64,000 nt of DNA, taken from assembly GCA_027310185.1 (NCBI GenBank), contig DAIDBH010000018.1, positions 96,001-160,000 on the forward strand, given 5' to 3'. This document shows positions 41,793 to 52,115 of the stretch, piece by piece. Source of the stretch: Thermoplasmatales archaeon (GTDB lineage: Archaea; Thermoplasmatota; Thermoplasmata; Thermoplasmatales; Thermoplasmataceae). The position numbers were made by a program, and so were the translations under genes. The notes under the pieces are model-generated. The model saw only the letters and a program-made list of their open reading frames with translations. It did no database searches and was not told the origin of the DNA. The first letter of the stretch is position 1. Each line of letters starts with the position of its first letter.

Positions 41793-42668
41793 ATGCGGGA
41801 CATTGATTTGATAAAGCTTATAAAGGACAGTTTCCCAGAAATTAAAATAAAAAATACCTTGCACATTGAATATGGATGGAACAACCATGTGGTGATTGTG
41901 AATGATGATCTAGTTTTCAGAATTCCAAGAAACAAAAGGAACGAATCAATCCTGAGAAACGAGTTAAATCTTATTAAAATTCTTAAAAATTGCCCATTCA
42001 GCATTCCAGATTATACTTATCTGAATCATGATGGTATATTCTTTGGGGGATACAGAATGATTCATGGGGACTATCTGAGTAATTCAGTAACACTGGGAAA
42101 TGGCTTGATCAGAGACTTTCTATCCCTCCGATCATTCCTGGAAACAATAGGATCAGATGATCTTGGGAGGACAGGGACACCTGTGTACAATCATGAAGCA
42201 TGGGTCAAGAAGCAGGCGGAAATGATGGAGAAATACAGGCTTTCTCTCAATGATATTATTCCTGGGAAGTTTATTGATGCAGTGGAGGAAAAGTGGTATG
42301 CGGTTTCTGAAGACATGGAAGAGTTAGATATGGGTCTGATTCACGGCGACCTTTACAGGAAGAATGTTATAATATCAGGAAACCACAGAAAGATTAGAGG
42401 CATAATAGACTGGGCAGATTCATCCTACGGAGATCGTGCTCTGGATTATGCTGCATTTGGATATGACTTCACAATGAGGGAAAACATGTCACTGCTTCAG
42501 GCACGTCAGGATCAATTCTCAGAAAGAGCCATGAAGAGAATTGTTTTTTACAGGAATACTGATAGATTCTACCTGGCTCACTATCTTGCAAAAACAGGAA
42601 AAAAGCAGGAGGCAGAAATGGAATGTGGAAATATTGTGAACATATGGAAGCGATATGGCTGGTATTGA
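41793..42668 (+). CDS. Aminoglycoside phosphotransferase (APH/choline kinase) family protein
   Basis: GWNN, VFRIP, HGDL...N, IIDWAD...GD.A.D. Confidence 0.85.
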   Translation: MRDIDLIKLIKDSFPEIKIKNTLHIEYGWNNHVVIVNDDLVFRIPRNKRNESILRNELNLIKILKNCPFSIPDYTYLNHDGIFFGGYRMIHGDYLSNSVTLGNGLIRDFLSLRSFLETIGSDDLGRTGTPVYNHEAWVKKQAEMMEKYRLSLNDIIPGKFIDAVEEKWYAVSEDMEELDMGLIHGDLYRKNVIISGNHRKIRGIIDWADSSYGDRALDYAAFGYDFTMRENMSLLQARQDQFSERAMKRIVFYRNTDRFYLAHYLAKTGKKQEAEMECGNIVNIWKRYGWY

Positions 42669-42776
42669 TATTAATTCCCGAAACATTAAGTTAGTAACAC
42701 ATCTCAATACTGCAATTTCTTTTTAAAAGAAAAAACCTTTAAAAAAAGCATTTATCTGAAGTGAGCATATGGAACC

Positions 42777-43988
42777 ATGGCGTATATAACAGTAGATAGC
42801 GATAATAAATTAAAGGTACCAAACAGGGCAACAATCGGTTACATTGAAGGAGACGGAATCGGTCCGGATATCACAAAAGCCATGATTAATACTGTGAATG
42901 CTTCCATAGAAGTCGCCTATTCGGGTGAGAGATCAATAGAATGGGAAAAAATAATGGCAGGAGAAGAAGCCTTTGAAAAAACGGGGGAACATTTACCCAA
43001 GGATTCACTGAAGCAGATTGAAAAGTGCGTTGTGTCAATAAAGGGACCACTGACAACTCCCATAGGACAGGGATTCAGGAGTCTTAATGTCACATTGCGT
43101 CAACAGTTTGACCTTTATGCCAATGTAAGGCCTGTAAGGTATTTTCCAGGGGTTCCATCACCTGTGGTACATCCAGAGAATATGAATATGGTTGTATTCA
43201 GGGAGAATACAGAAGACCTTTATTCAGGTATCGAATGGAAATATGACTCTGAAGGCGCGAAGAAAGTGAGAGAGTTTTTATCACAGGAGTTTGGAATAAG
43301 CCTGACCGATGATACGGGCATTGGAATAAAGCCAATAAGCAAGTTCAAGAGTCAGAGGCTTGTAAGGAAGGCAATAGAATTTGCCATAGCGAACAGGAGA
43401 AGAAGCGTTACCCTGATGCACAAGGGAAACATAATGAAGTACACTGAAGGAGCTTTCAAGGACTGGGGATACGAAATTGCAAGAAATGAATTTTCCCAGC
43501 AAACTGTTACGGAGGAAGAATATCTCCAGAATCCAGATGCAATGGGAGACAAGATAGTGATAAAGGACAGGATCGCGGACAACATGTTCCAGCAGGCTCT
43601 CACCAGGACAGCTGAATATGATATCATTGCCGCTCCAAATCTTAATGGAGATTATATATCAGATGCACTTGCAGCCCAGGTTGGAGGGATCGGAATCGCA
43701 CCAGGTGCCAATATAGGAGATGTTTATGCAATTTTTGAGGCAGTCCATGGCACAGCACCAAAATACGCAGGAATGGACGTTGCAAATCCAACATCACTAA
43801 TCCTGTCAGCAACAATGCTACTGAGGCATATCGGCTGGACAGAAGCTGCAGACATACTTGATAACGCCGTAACTGCATGTTACAAAGATCAGAAGGTCAC
43901 ACAGGATCTTGCAAGAATACTGAATATAAGAGCACTTAAATGCTCAGAATTCGGTGGCGAAATAATAAAGAGAATGAAGAAGGAATAG
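42777..43988 (+). CDS. icd: Isocitrate dehydrogenase (NADP)
   Basis: GDGIGPD, KGPLTTP, SLNVTLRQ, RENTED.Y, HKGNIMK, NGDYISD, HGTAPKY. Confidence 0.97.
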   Translation: MAYITVDSDNKLKVPNRATIGYIEGDGIGPDITKAMINTVNASIEVAYSGERSIEWEKIMAGEEAFEKTGEHLPKDSLKQIEKCVVSIKGPLTTPIGQGFRSLNVTLRQQFDLYANVRPVRYFPGVPSPVVHPENMNMVVFRENTEDLYSGIEWKYDSEGAKKVREFLSQEFGISLTDDTGIGIKPISKFKSQRLVRKAIEFAIANRRRSVTLMHKGNIMKYTEGAFKDWGYEIARNEFSQQTVTEEEYLQNPDAMGDKIVIKDRIADNMFQQALTRTAEYDIIAAPNLNGDYISDALAAQVGGIGIAPGANIGDVYAIFEAVHGTAPKYAGMDVANPTSLILSATMLLRHIGWTEAADILDNAVTACYKDQKVTQDLARILNIRALKCSEFGGEIIKRMKKE

Positions 43989-43990
43989 AA

Positions 43991-45175
43991 CTATAGGAGC
44001 AGGGTTCTGCTGCTCTCTACATTCCTCAATATTTCAATACCGGTCCTGCTTTTTGCAAAATCTACTGCATTGTATGAATCGGTGAACAGATTTATGAAGC
44101 TGCAGTTTTTCACCGACATAGCCTTTTCCACAGCATCTTTCATGCTCTTGAAGTGATATAAAACGATAACGGGCCCAGGTATCTGTTCCATAGGAACAAT
44201 CTTCTCACCGTACCTGTTCTCAAGAAGGTGAACGCTCTCGTGAAGTCCATCAACATAATCAAAGTCATTTTCTAGGAGTTTCTTCACCGATTGTCTCGCT
44301 CTTTCTGCATCTTCCTGTGTGTTGAAGTAGTTTATATCACCATCGGGTCCATATCCATTTTTTACATCCCTTTTCAGGAATTCTACAATCCTGTTTTTGA
44401 AGAAGATATATTCCTTGTCAGAAACAAGAAAGACCTGACTCCTTAGAAACCTGTTTGATACGGAAATATATGAAAGCCCGGGAACTGCATTTGTTGCCAT
44501 TTCAAGATGGCTGCTATCTGGAACAATACTAACACCATTTTCAAATCGCTTCCAGATTATGTTGTTTCTATTCACAGCCTTCTGGATATCAACAAAATCC
44601 CCTGTATTTCCATAGAAAAGTATCCGTTCTCCTTCGCCCCATTTATCAAAGGCTTTTATAGCGTTATCTTCAGCAACATCCAGGATGTATCCACCAGTCT
44701 CCCTGAGTGATTCATACATATCATTACTGAGGGTCATAGTGCTTATGGGGCATTGTGAATTATGGAGTATCATCGGTCTTGTACCTTGGAGAAGTGATTC
44801 AATTATTCCCCTGAACATCGTGTAAACCGGTATGGAAGCATCGGGAATTACGGCTGATATTTTCCTGAATTGGTCAGTTCTCACATGTTCAGTTCCAAAT
44901 TTCTCAATCAGCCTTTGGGTATATGTGTACCTCATCAATTGTGAAGTTCTAAGTAATTCTTCTCTGCAGGAAAGTGCAGTTCTTCCAGTCTCCATTGATA
45001 AAATGGAAATACGCTCATCTGAACCATAAAACTTTTCAAGAACAGAAATCATTGTTTCCATCAATCTTGAGGGATTCATTCTTGAATCACTGGAATTTTC
45101 AGTTTTAAGTTCTGAAAGCTTTATATCCTCTACTTCTCCAATTTCACTGGAATCAAATTTGCTCTTCACTTTCAT
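43991..45175 (-). CDS. Highly diverged aldehyde dehydrogenase-fold protein
   Basis: ILFYGNTG, SIVPDSSHLEMA, FLVSDKEYIFFKNRIVE and EQIPGPVIVLYHFKSMKDAVEKA echo ALDH motifs in the correct order; the catalytic Cys is absent. Confidence 0.65.
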   Translation of the reverse strand: MKVKSKFDSSEIGEVEDIKLSELKTENSSDSRMNPSRLMETMISVLEKFYGSDERISILSMETGRTALSCREELLRTSQLMRYTYTQRLIEKFGTEHVRTDQFRKISAVIPDASIPVYTMFRGIIESLLQGTRPMILHNSQCPISTMTLSNDMYESLRETGGYILDVAEDNAIKAFDKWGEGERILFYGNTGDFVDIQKAVNRNNIIWKRFENGVSIVPDSSHLEMATNAVPGLSYISVSNRFLRSQVFLVSDKEYIFFKNRIVEFLKRDVKNGYGPDGDINYFNTQEDAERARQSVKKLLENDFDYVDGLHESVHLLENRYGEKIVPMEQIPGPVIVLYHFKSMKDAVEKAMSVKNCSFINLFTDSYNAVDFAKSRTGIEILRNVESSRTLLL

Positions 45176-45589
45176 ATTGAACAGATTAGTATGTATTCGA
45201 GCATAAAGAGTGTTTCTTAAAATTTTACTGTAATTCCAGACGAGAAAGACATTTAATCTGCCGTGAAATAGACTGTGTCCTGTTCATAAATTAAAGATGT
45301 GCATAATCTTTAAGGGAATACTAATGGTTATAAAGGTTCAAGACAAAGTATGCCTCCAGTATTTAATGCATTTAAAAATCTCAAATGGATGAGGATAATT
45401 CTTCAGTACCAAATTGATGAAGAGATGTTTTGTAACTGTAAGAGAACATTTCTGGAAAATAATTTTAAATTTTGGGATTTGTTGTGATGGAACTCATTCT
45501 ATTTTGAATGAACACTAAATTTACAAATGATCGTTTAAAAATAAAGTTAAAAAAGGAAACATTATAGCACAGGCTTATGATATATAAAG

Positions 45590-45910
45590 ATGAAAGTAGT
45601 AATACAGGTATCAGAAAAGGAAAAAATTCCAATGGGAAATATTGTAGGCTCACACATTGCAGTACTGAAGGATGTTGAAACCATAGAGGTGGTTTTCCTG
45701 GAAAGCGCCATTGTAGCAACAACAAATGAGGAAATGATAAAACCTCTACTTGAAGACAAAAAACTCATATTAATGGCATGCAAAACTTCCATGGAAATGA
45801 GCAACATAAAAGCCTCCGATCTTGTAAAAGGTGTTTCAGCAACACCCCAGGGTGGATTCATAGAAATTATAAGGAGACAGCAGGAAGGTTGGTTCTACAT
45901 CCACGTCTAA
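45590..45910 (+). CDS. DsrE/DsrF-like protein
   Basis: MKVVIQ, IEVVF, ACKTSM, G..EI..RQQEGWFYI. Confidence 0.82.
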   Translation: MKVVIQVSEKEKIPMGNIVGSHIAVLKDVETIEVVFLESAIVATTNEEMIKPLLEDKKLILMACKTSMEMSNIKASDLVKGVSATPQGGFIEIIRRQQEGWFYIHV

Positions 45911-46338
45911 TTTTTACAAAACTAGAAGAATGTAACTTCCTCTCACAGCTTTCGCAAGGAACCTCCAGATTCAAAGATTGTTTCTGGAATCCTAAAGAGT
46001 TTGAATTCTCTTCAACAGAGAGTCTTATATCCATAATGTAAGAAATCAGACTTTACGAAAGGTCCATTTTATTGGTTATCTTGGTCATTCATTCACTGTT
46101 ACATTCACCCTGAATTATAAGAGGTATTTGCATGCATCAATATCTTCAGTTACAAAAGAGGCGTCGAGGTTTGTAATATAAATCGAGTTTAAATTCACCG
46201 TAAAACCATATGTATATTCAGGAAAAGGTAAACAAGCTTCCCCGGTAAAATATATATTAATTAAATATAATATACCATTCTACATATCTTATTTTCCGTG
46301 TAACCAAAATTAATATATGACGCATTCTTTAAGTAAGC

Positions 46339-46770
46339 ATGAAAAGACGAATGTTGGATTCAGATGAATCCAGCGGAAGTATGTTGAAGGGAATAGTTGC
46401 AACCTTTCTCTCTATGTTGATACTAGGTCCATTTATGGGATTAGGATGGGTTCTGTCAGGACTTTTCGGAGGAATTGCATCAAGAGGTGGCCTTAGAGGA
46501 TTTGTTGCAGGCCTGATTGGAGGGATAGTCCTGGCTCTCATACTCATAGAGATATCATACTATGTAGCACCTGCAACTATAAACCAGATAATGAGTTACA
46601 CTGGTAATTTCTACTTTGTTAACAACATAAAGACAATTTATCTTGAAACAAGGCAACAGCTTGGTGTAGATCCATTACACACAATAATAAGTGTTGTAGC
46701 GGAGGGGGCAATAGTACCAGCTGTTGGTGGGCTCATAGGTGGCTTTTTCCTGTCAAGAGATTCAGAATAA
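46339..46770 (+). CDS. Gly-rich membrane protein (DUF5518-like)
   Basis: Hydrophobic helices with G-rich repeats (GLFGGIA, GFVAGLIGG, GGLIGG). Confidence 0.7.
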   Translation: MKRRMLDSDESSGSMLKGIVATFLSMLILGPFMGLGWVLSGLFGGIASRGGLRGFVAGLIGGIVLALILIEISYYVAPATINQIMSYTGNFYFVNNIKTIYLETRQQLGVDPLHTIISVVAEGAIVPAVGGLIGGFFLSRDSE

Positions 46771-46772
46771 AT

Positions 46773-47450
46773 TTATAAATTATTTTTTACATTGTCAGCA
46801 AAATATTCTTCATTTTTTCTATCCAGAACCCTGTATGAAGATCGGAGTGTATCAAGAATTGAAAGTACCAGCTTTTCCTTTTCAATTCCAAGGTATCCCA
46901 TTACACTGGAATCAAGTCCACATGGTTTTATCCTCATGAAACCATCAAGGGCTGTTTCCCCATAATTTATTGCCAGTCCATGGTATGAAACACCCCTGTC
47001 GATCTTCATTCCAAGGGAGCAGACTTTCCTGTCACCCAGAGGGGAGTTGGTTACCCAGATACCCGGTTCTTCTCCAAGATGGGGTTCAAATCCGAGCTTC
47101 CTGAACGTATCCATAACTATATTTTCAAGCGTCTGAACAAATAATCTGACATCCTTCCTTTCATTTTCCCTGAAGACCCTGACAATTGGATAAATCAGAA
47201 GCTGGCCTGGGCCGTGATATGTTACATCCCCTCCCCTTTCAATGAGTATTGGGTTCAGTCCCCTGTAATTGTCAGGATTCGCACCTCTGCCTATGGTATA
47301 CACTCCTGGAGAATGTTCAACAAAAATAAATGTATCCTCTATAAAATCGTTGTACCTCAGGAAATGAAGTTTTTTCTGGAATTTCCAGATTTCTTCATAA
47401 TCCCTTATTCCAAGATCAAGATATTGGCTTGAAGTGTAGAGGTTTATCAT
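46773..47450 (-). CDS. lipB: Lipoyl(octanoyl) transferase
   Basis: VEH..VYTIGR, RGGDVTYHGPGQL, RKVCSLG, HGLAIN, IKPCG. Confidence 0.93.
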   Translation of the reverse strand: MINLYTSSQYLDLGIRDYEEIWKFQKKLHFLRYNDFIEDTFIFVEHSPGVYTIGRGANPDNYRGLNPILIERGGDVTYHGPGQLLIYPIVRVFRENERKDVRLFVQTLENIVMDTFRKLGFEPHLGEEPGIWVTNSPLGDRKVCSLGMKIDRGVSYHGLAINYGETALDGFMRIKPCGLDSSVMGYLGIEKEKLVLSILDTLRSSYRVLDRKNEEYFADNVKNNL

Positions 47451-48738
47451 ATGCTATCTCAGCCGACTCCTGTATGCCTTCAGAGAGTGTCGGATGAGGA
47501 TGAATTGTTGATCCAATATCCTCTACATTCATTCCCGTTTCAACAGCGAGACTCAGCTCACTTATCATCTCGGAAGCACGAGGTGCGGCAATGCCAGCTC
47601 CTGTCACAGTGCCATCTTCGTCATAATAAATGCTGTAGAATCCATTTGAACTGTTGAGTCCCTGGCTTCTGCCATTTGCTGCTAGAGGATATCTTGTGGA
47701 TTTCTGTCCCCTGTTTCCGGTAAAGGCAATTTCCGGGTCTGAATAAACTACCATAGGCATGGCATAATAATCTACAGTTGTTTTGTCACCTGCAATGTTA
47801 TGTGCAGCCACCCTACCATCATAGAACGCTCTGTGGGCAAGCATTGGACCTCCAGTTGACACATCACCGACTGCGTAAACGCCTCTCTCACTGGTCATCT
47901 TGTACTTGTCTGTCTTTATGAATCCATTTTCCATTTCTAGTTTAAGGTTTTCAAGTCCGAAGCCTTCTGTATTTGGTCTCCTTCCTACTGTAACAAGAAC
48001 AGCTTCGGCAGAAATACTTGCACCCGATTCCATCTTGACAAAATACTTATCCTTCTTCTCAACAGATGAAACTTTTGCAGATAGGAGTATTCTAATTCCC
48101 ATCTCCTTCATCTTCCTCTCCACAGGTTTAATGAGTTCCGGATCAATTCCCGTTAGAATGCTTGGTAGCATTTCAATAAGCGTAACCTGCGATCCAAGTT
48201 TCGCAAAGGCGGTTCCAAGTTCCACACCAATATACCCGCCACCTATTATGACAAGGTCCTTCGGAACTGTCTTTATATCAAGGATTTCTTTGTTATACAT
48301 AACATCCTTGAAAGCATCTATCCTGGTTGGAGAAGATCCTGTGGCAATAACAAGGCTATCACACTGATGGGTTTCAGAACCGATCTGCACATGCTGCTTG
48401 TCTACTATCTTGGCATCTCCATTAATTATTTTCACTCCATATGCCCTGCAAAGGGTTTCAACTCCAGATACCAGCCTGTTGATCATTGACCACTTCCACC
48501 CCTGCCACTGGTTCATGTCAATATTGTAACTGAGTCTTACACCTGGAAGCGTTTTCAGATATGATAGGCTCTCAGACATCTCTATAAGTGCCTTGGATGG
48601 TATACATCCGTAATTCAGGCATTCACCGCCAACTTTATTCTTCTCTACTAGCAGAACACTTCTTCCAAGTTGCCCCAGCCTGATTGCAGTAGAATATCCA
48701 CCCGGGCCACCACCAATAATTATAGCATCATACTTCAT
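47416..48738 (-). CDS. lpdA: Dihydrolipoamide dehydrogenase (E3)
   Basis: GGGPGGY, GGECLNYGCIPSKAL, GGGYIG, HPHPTLSE. Confidence 0.96.
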   Translation of the reverse strand: MKYDAIIIGGGPGGYSTAIRLGQLGRSVLLVEKNKVGGECLNYGCIPSKALIEMSESLSYLKTLPGVRLSYNIDMNQWQGWKWSMINRLVSGVETLCRAYGVKIINGDAKIVDKQHVQIGSETHQCDSLVIATGSSPTRIDAFKDVMYNKEILDIKTVPKDLVIIGGGYIGVELGTAFAKLGSQVTLIEMLPSILTGIDPELIKPVERKMKEMGIRILLSAKVSSVEKKDKYFVKMESGASISAEAVLVTVGRRPNTEGFGLENLKLEMENGFIKTDKYKMTSERGVYAVGDVSTGGPMLAHRAFYDGRVAAHNIAGDKTTVDYYAMPMVVYSDPEIAFTGNRGQKSTRYPLAANGRSQGLNSSNGFYSIYYDEDGTVTGAGIAAPRASEMISELSLAVETGMNVEDIGSTIHPHPTLSEGIQESAEIAYDKPLHFKPIS

Positions 48739-48742
48739 GAGA

Positions 48743-50131
48743 TCACCTTATCAGGAATGATATTGGGTCTTCCAGATATGATTTTACCTTCACTATGAAT
48801 CTGGCAGCATCTGCACCATCTATCAGCCTGTGGTCACAGGAAAGTGAGATGATCGTACTGTCATCGCCAGATTCGAAGTTAGTCCCTTTCTTTGTGGATC
48901 TGTGAACAGCAAGTATGGCAACTTCAGGATAATTTATGATGGGTGTTGATATCAGGCCACCTATAGATCCTACGTTGGATATTGTAAAGGTTGAATCCTG
49001 CACGTCAGTCAGGGTTAATTTATTCTCTCTCGCCTTCTTTGCAAGATCAGATATCTCCGAAGATATTTGAACGACTGATTTGTCTATGGCATTTTTGACA
49101 ACGGCCACTGTCAATCCGGAGGGTGTATCGATTGCAACACCCATGTTAATGCTCTTTCTGAAGATGTACCTCTTGTTTGCTTCATCATAATGGGCATTGA
49201 ACTTGGGAAACTCTGTAAGTGCTACTGCCACCGCCTTTACAAAGAATGGGGTCAGTGTAACCTTTGTACCATTTTCCCTCATATCATTCATGGTCTTGGT
49301 AAGTTTTGAAATATCAACAGTTTCCGCGACCATGAAATGAGGCATTATCTGTTTCGATTTTGACATCTTTTCGAAGATCAGTCTCCTTAGGCCGTGAGGT
49401 TCAAAGACCTGATCGCCCTCAGAAGTGCTGGCAGTTTCTTCTACGTGAACAACTGGCTCTGGTTCCTTTCCCTGGGGGGAAGAACCCACTTTTGGCTCAT
49501 CCTTGACCGGGGTTGGTTCCTGCATCTTCTGGCTCTGTGACTCAGGAGCTTTTGGTTGTTCAACCTGTCTGGCAGTCGCTGGTGGAACAGGTGCCATCCT
49601 TATGCCAGAACTCTTTGGTGCTTCTGTCTTCTGTTTCATCTCTCTTTCTGCATTATCCAGATCTTCCAGAGTTACCCTGCCATTAGGTCCGGTTGGTGTT
49701 ATGTTATCCAGATCTATGCCTCTATCTTTTGCAATTCTCCTTATTGTAGGAGAAGCCAGTATTCTTCTATTCTGATCATCATTCATCAATTTCTTCTCAC
49801 CTCCCTCCTCTTTAACTGTTTCAGCAACAGACATCTTCTGCTGGGGTTCGTCCTTAAATTCAGCCGGGGATTCAGATTTTTTCTCATCGCCCTTCGATCC
49901 ATCATCGATCTCGATGATGACTTCACCAACTTTAACAACCTGTCCTTCCTTAAAAAGTATTCTGTTAACCTTTCCCTCAACTGGACTTGGTATGTTTATA
50001 TTGACCTTATCGGTCATTATCTCTACCATATCCTGCTCTTTCTTTACCACGTCACCTTCCTTGACAATCCACTTGATTATTTCTCCTTCTGTGACACCCT
50101 CTCCGATGTCCGGCAAAGTAAATTTAAACAT
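48743..50131 (-). CDS. Dihydrolipoamide acyltransferase (E2)
   Basis: Lipoyl domain TDKV, E3-binding domain ASPTIRRIA...TGPNGRV, catalytic DHRLIDG. Confidence 0.95.
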   Translation of the reverse strand: MFKFTLPDIGEGVTEGEIIKWIVKEGDVVKKEQDMVEIMTDKVNINIPSPVEGKVNRILFKEGQVVKVGEVIIEIDDGSKGDEKKSESPAEFKDEPQQKMSVAETVKEEGGEKKLMNDDQNRRILASPTIRRIAKDRGIDLDNITPTGPNGRVTLEDLDNAEREMKQKTEAPKSSGIRMAPVPPATARQVEQPKAPESQSQKMQEPTPVKDEPKVGSSPQGKEPEPVVHVEETASTSEGDQVFEPHGLRRLIFEKMSKSKQIMPHFMVAETVDISKLTKTMNDMRENGTKVTLTPFFVKAVAVALTEFPKFNAHYDEANKRYIFRKSINMGVAIDTPSGLTVAVVKNAIDKSVVQISSEISDLAKKARENKLTLTDVQDSTFTISNVGSIGGLISTPIINYPEVAILAVHRSTKKGTNFESGDDSTIISLSCDHRLIDGADAARFIVKVKSYLEDPISFLIR

Positions 50132-50137
50132 TCTTCA

Positions 50138-51112
50138 TCACCTGTATTGCTGCATCTTGTTTACAGCTTTTAGTATCCTCATCTCATTTGGCATGTAATA
50201 ATCCTCTAGCCTGTATGGGAACGGTGTATCTGGACCTGTTACCCTTATGATTGGACCAAGCAGGTAATCAATGGCTCTTTCTGATATGAAAGCAGAAATT
50301 TCGGCTCCCATACCAAGTGTCCTTGGGGCTTCATGCACTATAATTACCCTGCCAGTTTTCTTTACTGAATTCAGTATTGTTTCTCCATCATAGGGAACCA
50401 GCGTCCTCAGGTCTATAACATCTGCGTCAAGGTTATTTTTGCTTACTGTATTCATCACTGTAGGAACCATGGAGCCATAGGTTATAAACGTAAAGTCATT
50501 TCCTTCATGCAATAGGGATGCCTTTCCTATGGGTATCTCATACTCTTCGTCAGGAACCTCCTGTTTCTGGCTTCTGTAAAGCTTTTTAGGTTCCAGGAAT
50601 ATTACTGGGTCATTCAGTCTCAGACTCTTTATGAGCAAACCTTTGGCGTCATACGGGTTCGATGGAGTAACAACCGTTAGACCTGCAGTATGTGCAAAAT
50701 ATGCCTCCCCACTCTGCGAATGGTAAAGACCACCCCTGATACCTCCACCATATGGCGTCCTCAATACCATGGGTACATTGTATTCACCACCACTCCTGTA
50801 TCTCATTTTTGCAGCCTGATTCACAATCTGATCAAATGCAGTGTAGATGAAATCCTGAAACTGTATCTCAGGAACTGCTCTCAGTCCAGTCATTGACATG
50901 CCGATTGCCATTCCAACAATTCCAAGTTCAACAAGTGGCATATCTATTACTCTTTCTGCACCATATTTCTTCTGCAATCCCTCAGTTACCCTGAATACTC
51001 CTCCATCAACACCAATATCCTCGCCCAGAAGTATTATGGAAGTGTCCGTGGTCATCATATAATCAAGTGTTGAATTAATGGACTGTACAAGATTCATAGT
51101 CCTGGAACTCAC
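50138..51112 (-). CDS. 2-oxoacid dehydrogenase E1 beta subunit
   Basis: GEDIGVDGGVFR, EIQFQDF, GLYHSQS, IDLRTL. Confidence 0.95.
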   Translation of the reverse strand: MSSRTMNLVQSINSTLDYMMTTDTSIILLGEDIGVDGGVFRVTEGLQKKYGAERVIDMPLVELGIVGMAIGMSMTGLRAVPEIQFQDFIYTAFDQIVNQAAKMRYRSGGEYNVPMVLRTPYGGGIRGGLYHSQSGEAYFAHTAGLTVVTPSNPYDAKGLLIKSLRLNDPVIFLEPKKLYRSQKQEVPDEEYEIPIGKASLLHEGNDFTFITYGSMVPTVMNTVSKNNLDADVIDLRTLVPYDGETILNSVKKTGRVIIVHEAPRTLGMGAEISAFISERAIDYLLGPIIRVTGPDTPFPYRLEDYYMPNEMRILKAVNKMQQYR

Positions 51113-52101
51113 AGTATCTCACCTCTCTCTTCATCAATAATCCAGTTGGAATTCTCGTACACATCCTGGAACATTGTTTCGGGGTCTGGAGGTGCTATTT
51201 TTTCCCTTTCATCAAATATCCTGTCTATGCGTTCCTTTGCCTCTGTTTTTATTTTTTCTATGGTCTGGTCGTCAATATAATTAAGCATCTTCAACTTCCT
51301 CTCCGCAATAACGATGGGGTCCTTGTCTGACCCTTCCTTTACATCATCCGCCCTGTATTTGGATGGATCATCCGACGTTGAATGTGGCCCCATCCTGTAA
51401 CTTACGGCTTCTATTAGAACTGGTTTACCATCAACTCTAACCCTGTCTATTTCCTCCTTTGAAACCTTGTACATTTCCAGAAGATCATTCCCATCTACCT
51501 TAACACCCCTCATCCCATAAGCATCTGCTTTCTTCCATATTTCTGCCCTTGTTTGCTTTTCAACTGGCAGGGATATAGCCCATTTATTGTTTTCACATAG
51601 GAAAACTACCGGTAGATCAAAATCGGCAGCTATATTCAGTGCTGCATGAAAATCTGGAGTGGAAGTAGAACCGTCGCCGAATGTGGCCAGAACAATTCCA
51701 TCCTTTTTATGATATCTTATGGAGTAAGCTGCACCAACTGCAAGAGGTAGATTGGTTGCAACAGGACTCTGAACAGACATGAAGTTGTGATCTTTTGCTG
51801 TGTAATGGGATGGCATCTGCCTTCCTTTCTCCTTGTCTTTAGAATTCCCCATAATCTGATCAATAATCGTCCTAGGATCTACGCCCCTGTGAAGCATCAG
51901 TGGAACATCCCTGTAATACTCAAACAGGATGTCCTCATCTTCCAGGGCCATGGACAATCCAACCTGTGTTGCCTCCTGACCCATGGTGGGGGTGTAAAAG
52001 CCAACCCTGCCCTGTCTCTGTGACATTACAATTTTCTTGTCAAGGGTTCTGGATAGTACCATAGCCTTGTACGCTTCGATTATTTTATCTTTTTCATCCA
52101 T
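51109..52101 (-). CDS. 2-oxoacid dehydrogenase E1 alpha subunit
   Basis: RQGR, GQEA, KGRQMPSH, TPP motif GDGS...ENN, HSTSDD. Confidence 0.95.
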   Translation of the reverse strand: MDEKDKIIEAYKAMVLSRTLDKKIVMSQRQGRVGFYTPTMGQEATQVGLSMALEDEDILFEYYRDVPLMLHRGVDPRTIIDQIMGNSKDKEKGRQMPSHYTAKDHNFMSVQSPVATNLPLAVGAAYSIRYHKKDGIVLATFGDGSTSTPDFHAALNIAADFDLPVVFLCENNKWAISLPVEKQTRAEIWKKADAYGMRGVKVDGNDLLEMYKVSKEEIDRVRVDGKPVLIEAVSYRMGPHSTSDDPSKYRADDVKEGSDKDPIVIAERKLKMLNYIDDQTIEKIKTEAKERIDRIFDEREKIAPPDPETMFQDVYENSNWIIDEERGEIL

Positions 52102-52115
52102 ATACTTTCTCACCT

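Noticed and set aside
41793-42668. APH-family gene as an antibiotic-resistance determinant linked to the 16S decoding-site variant
   Set aside because: APH-like kinases are widespread with diverse substrates; nothing in the sequence ties it to aminoglycosides.
45867-46034. 55-aa minus-strand ORF with CESC
   Set aside because: Only one CxxC, overlaps the dsrE 3' end and has no recognisable family; probably chance.
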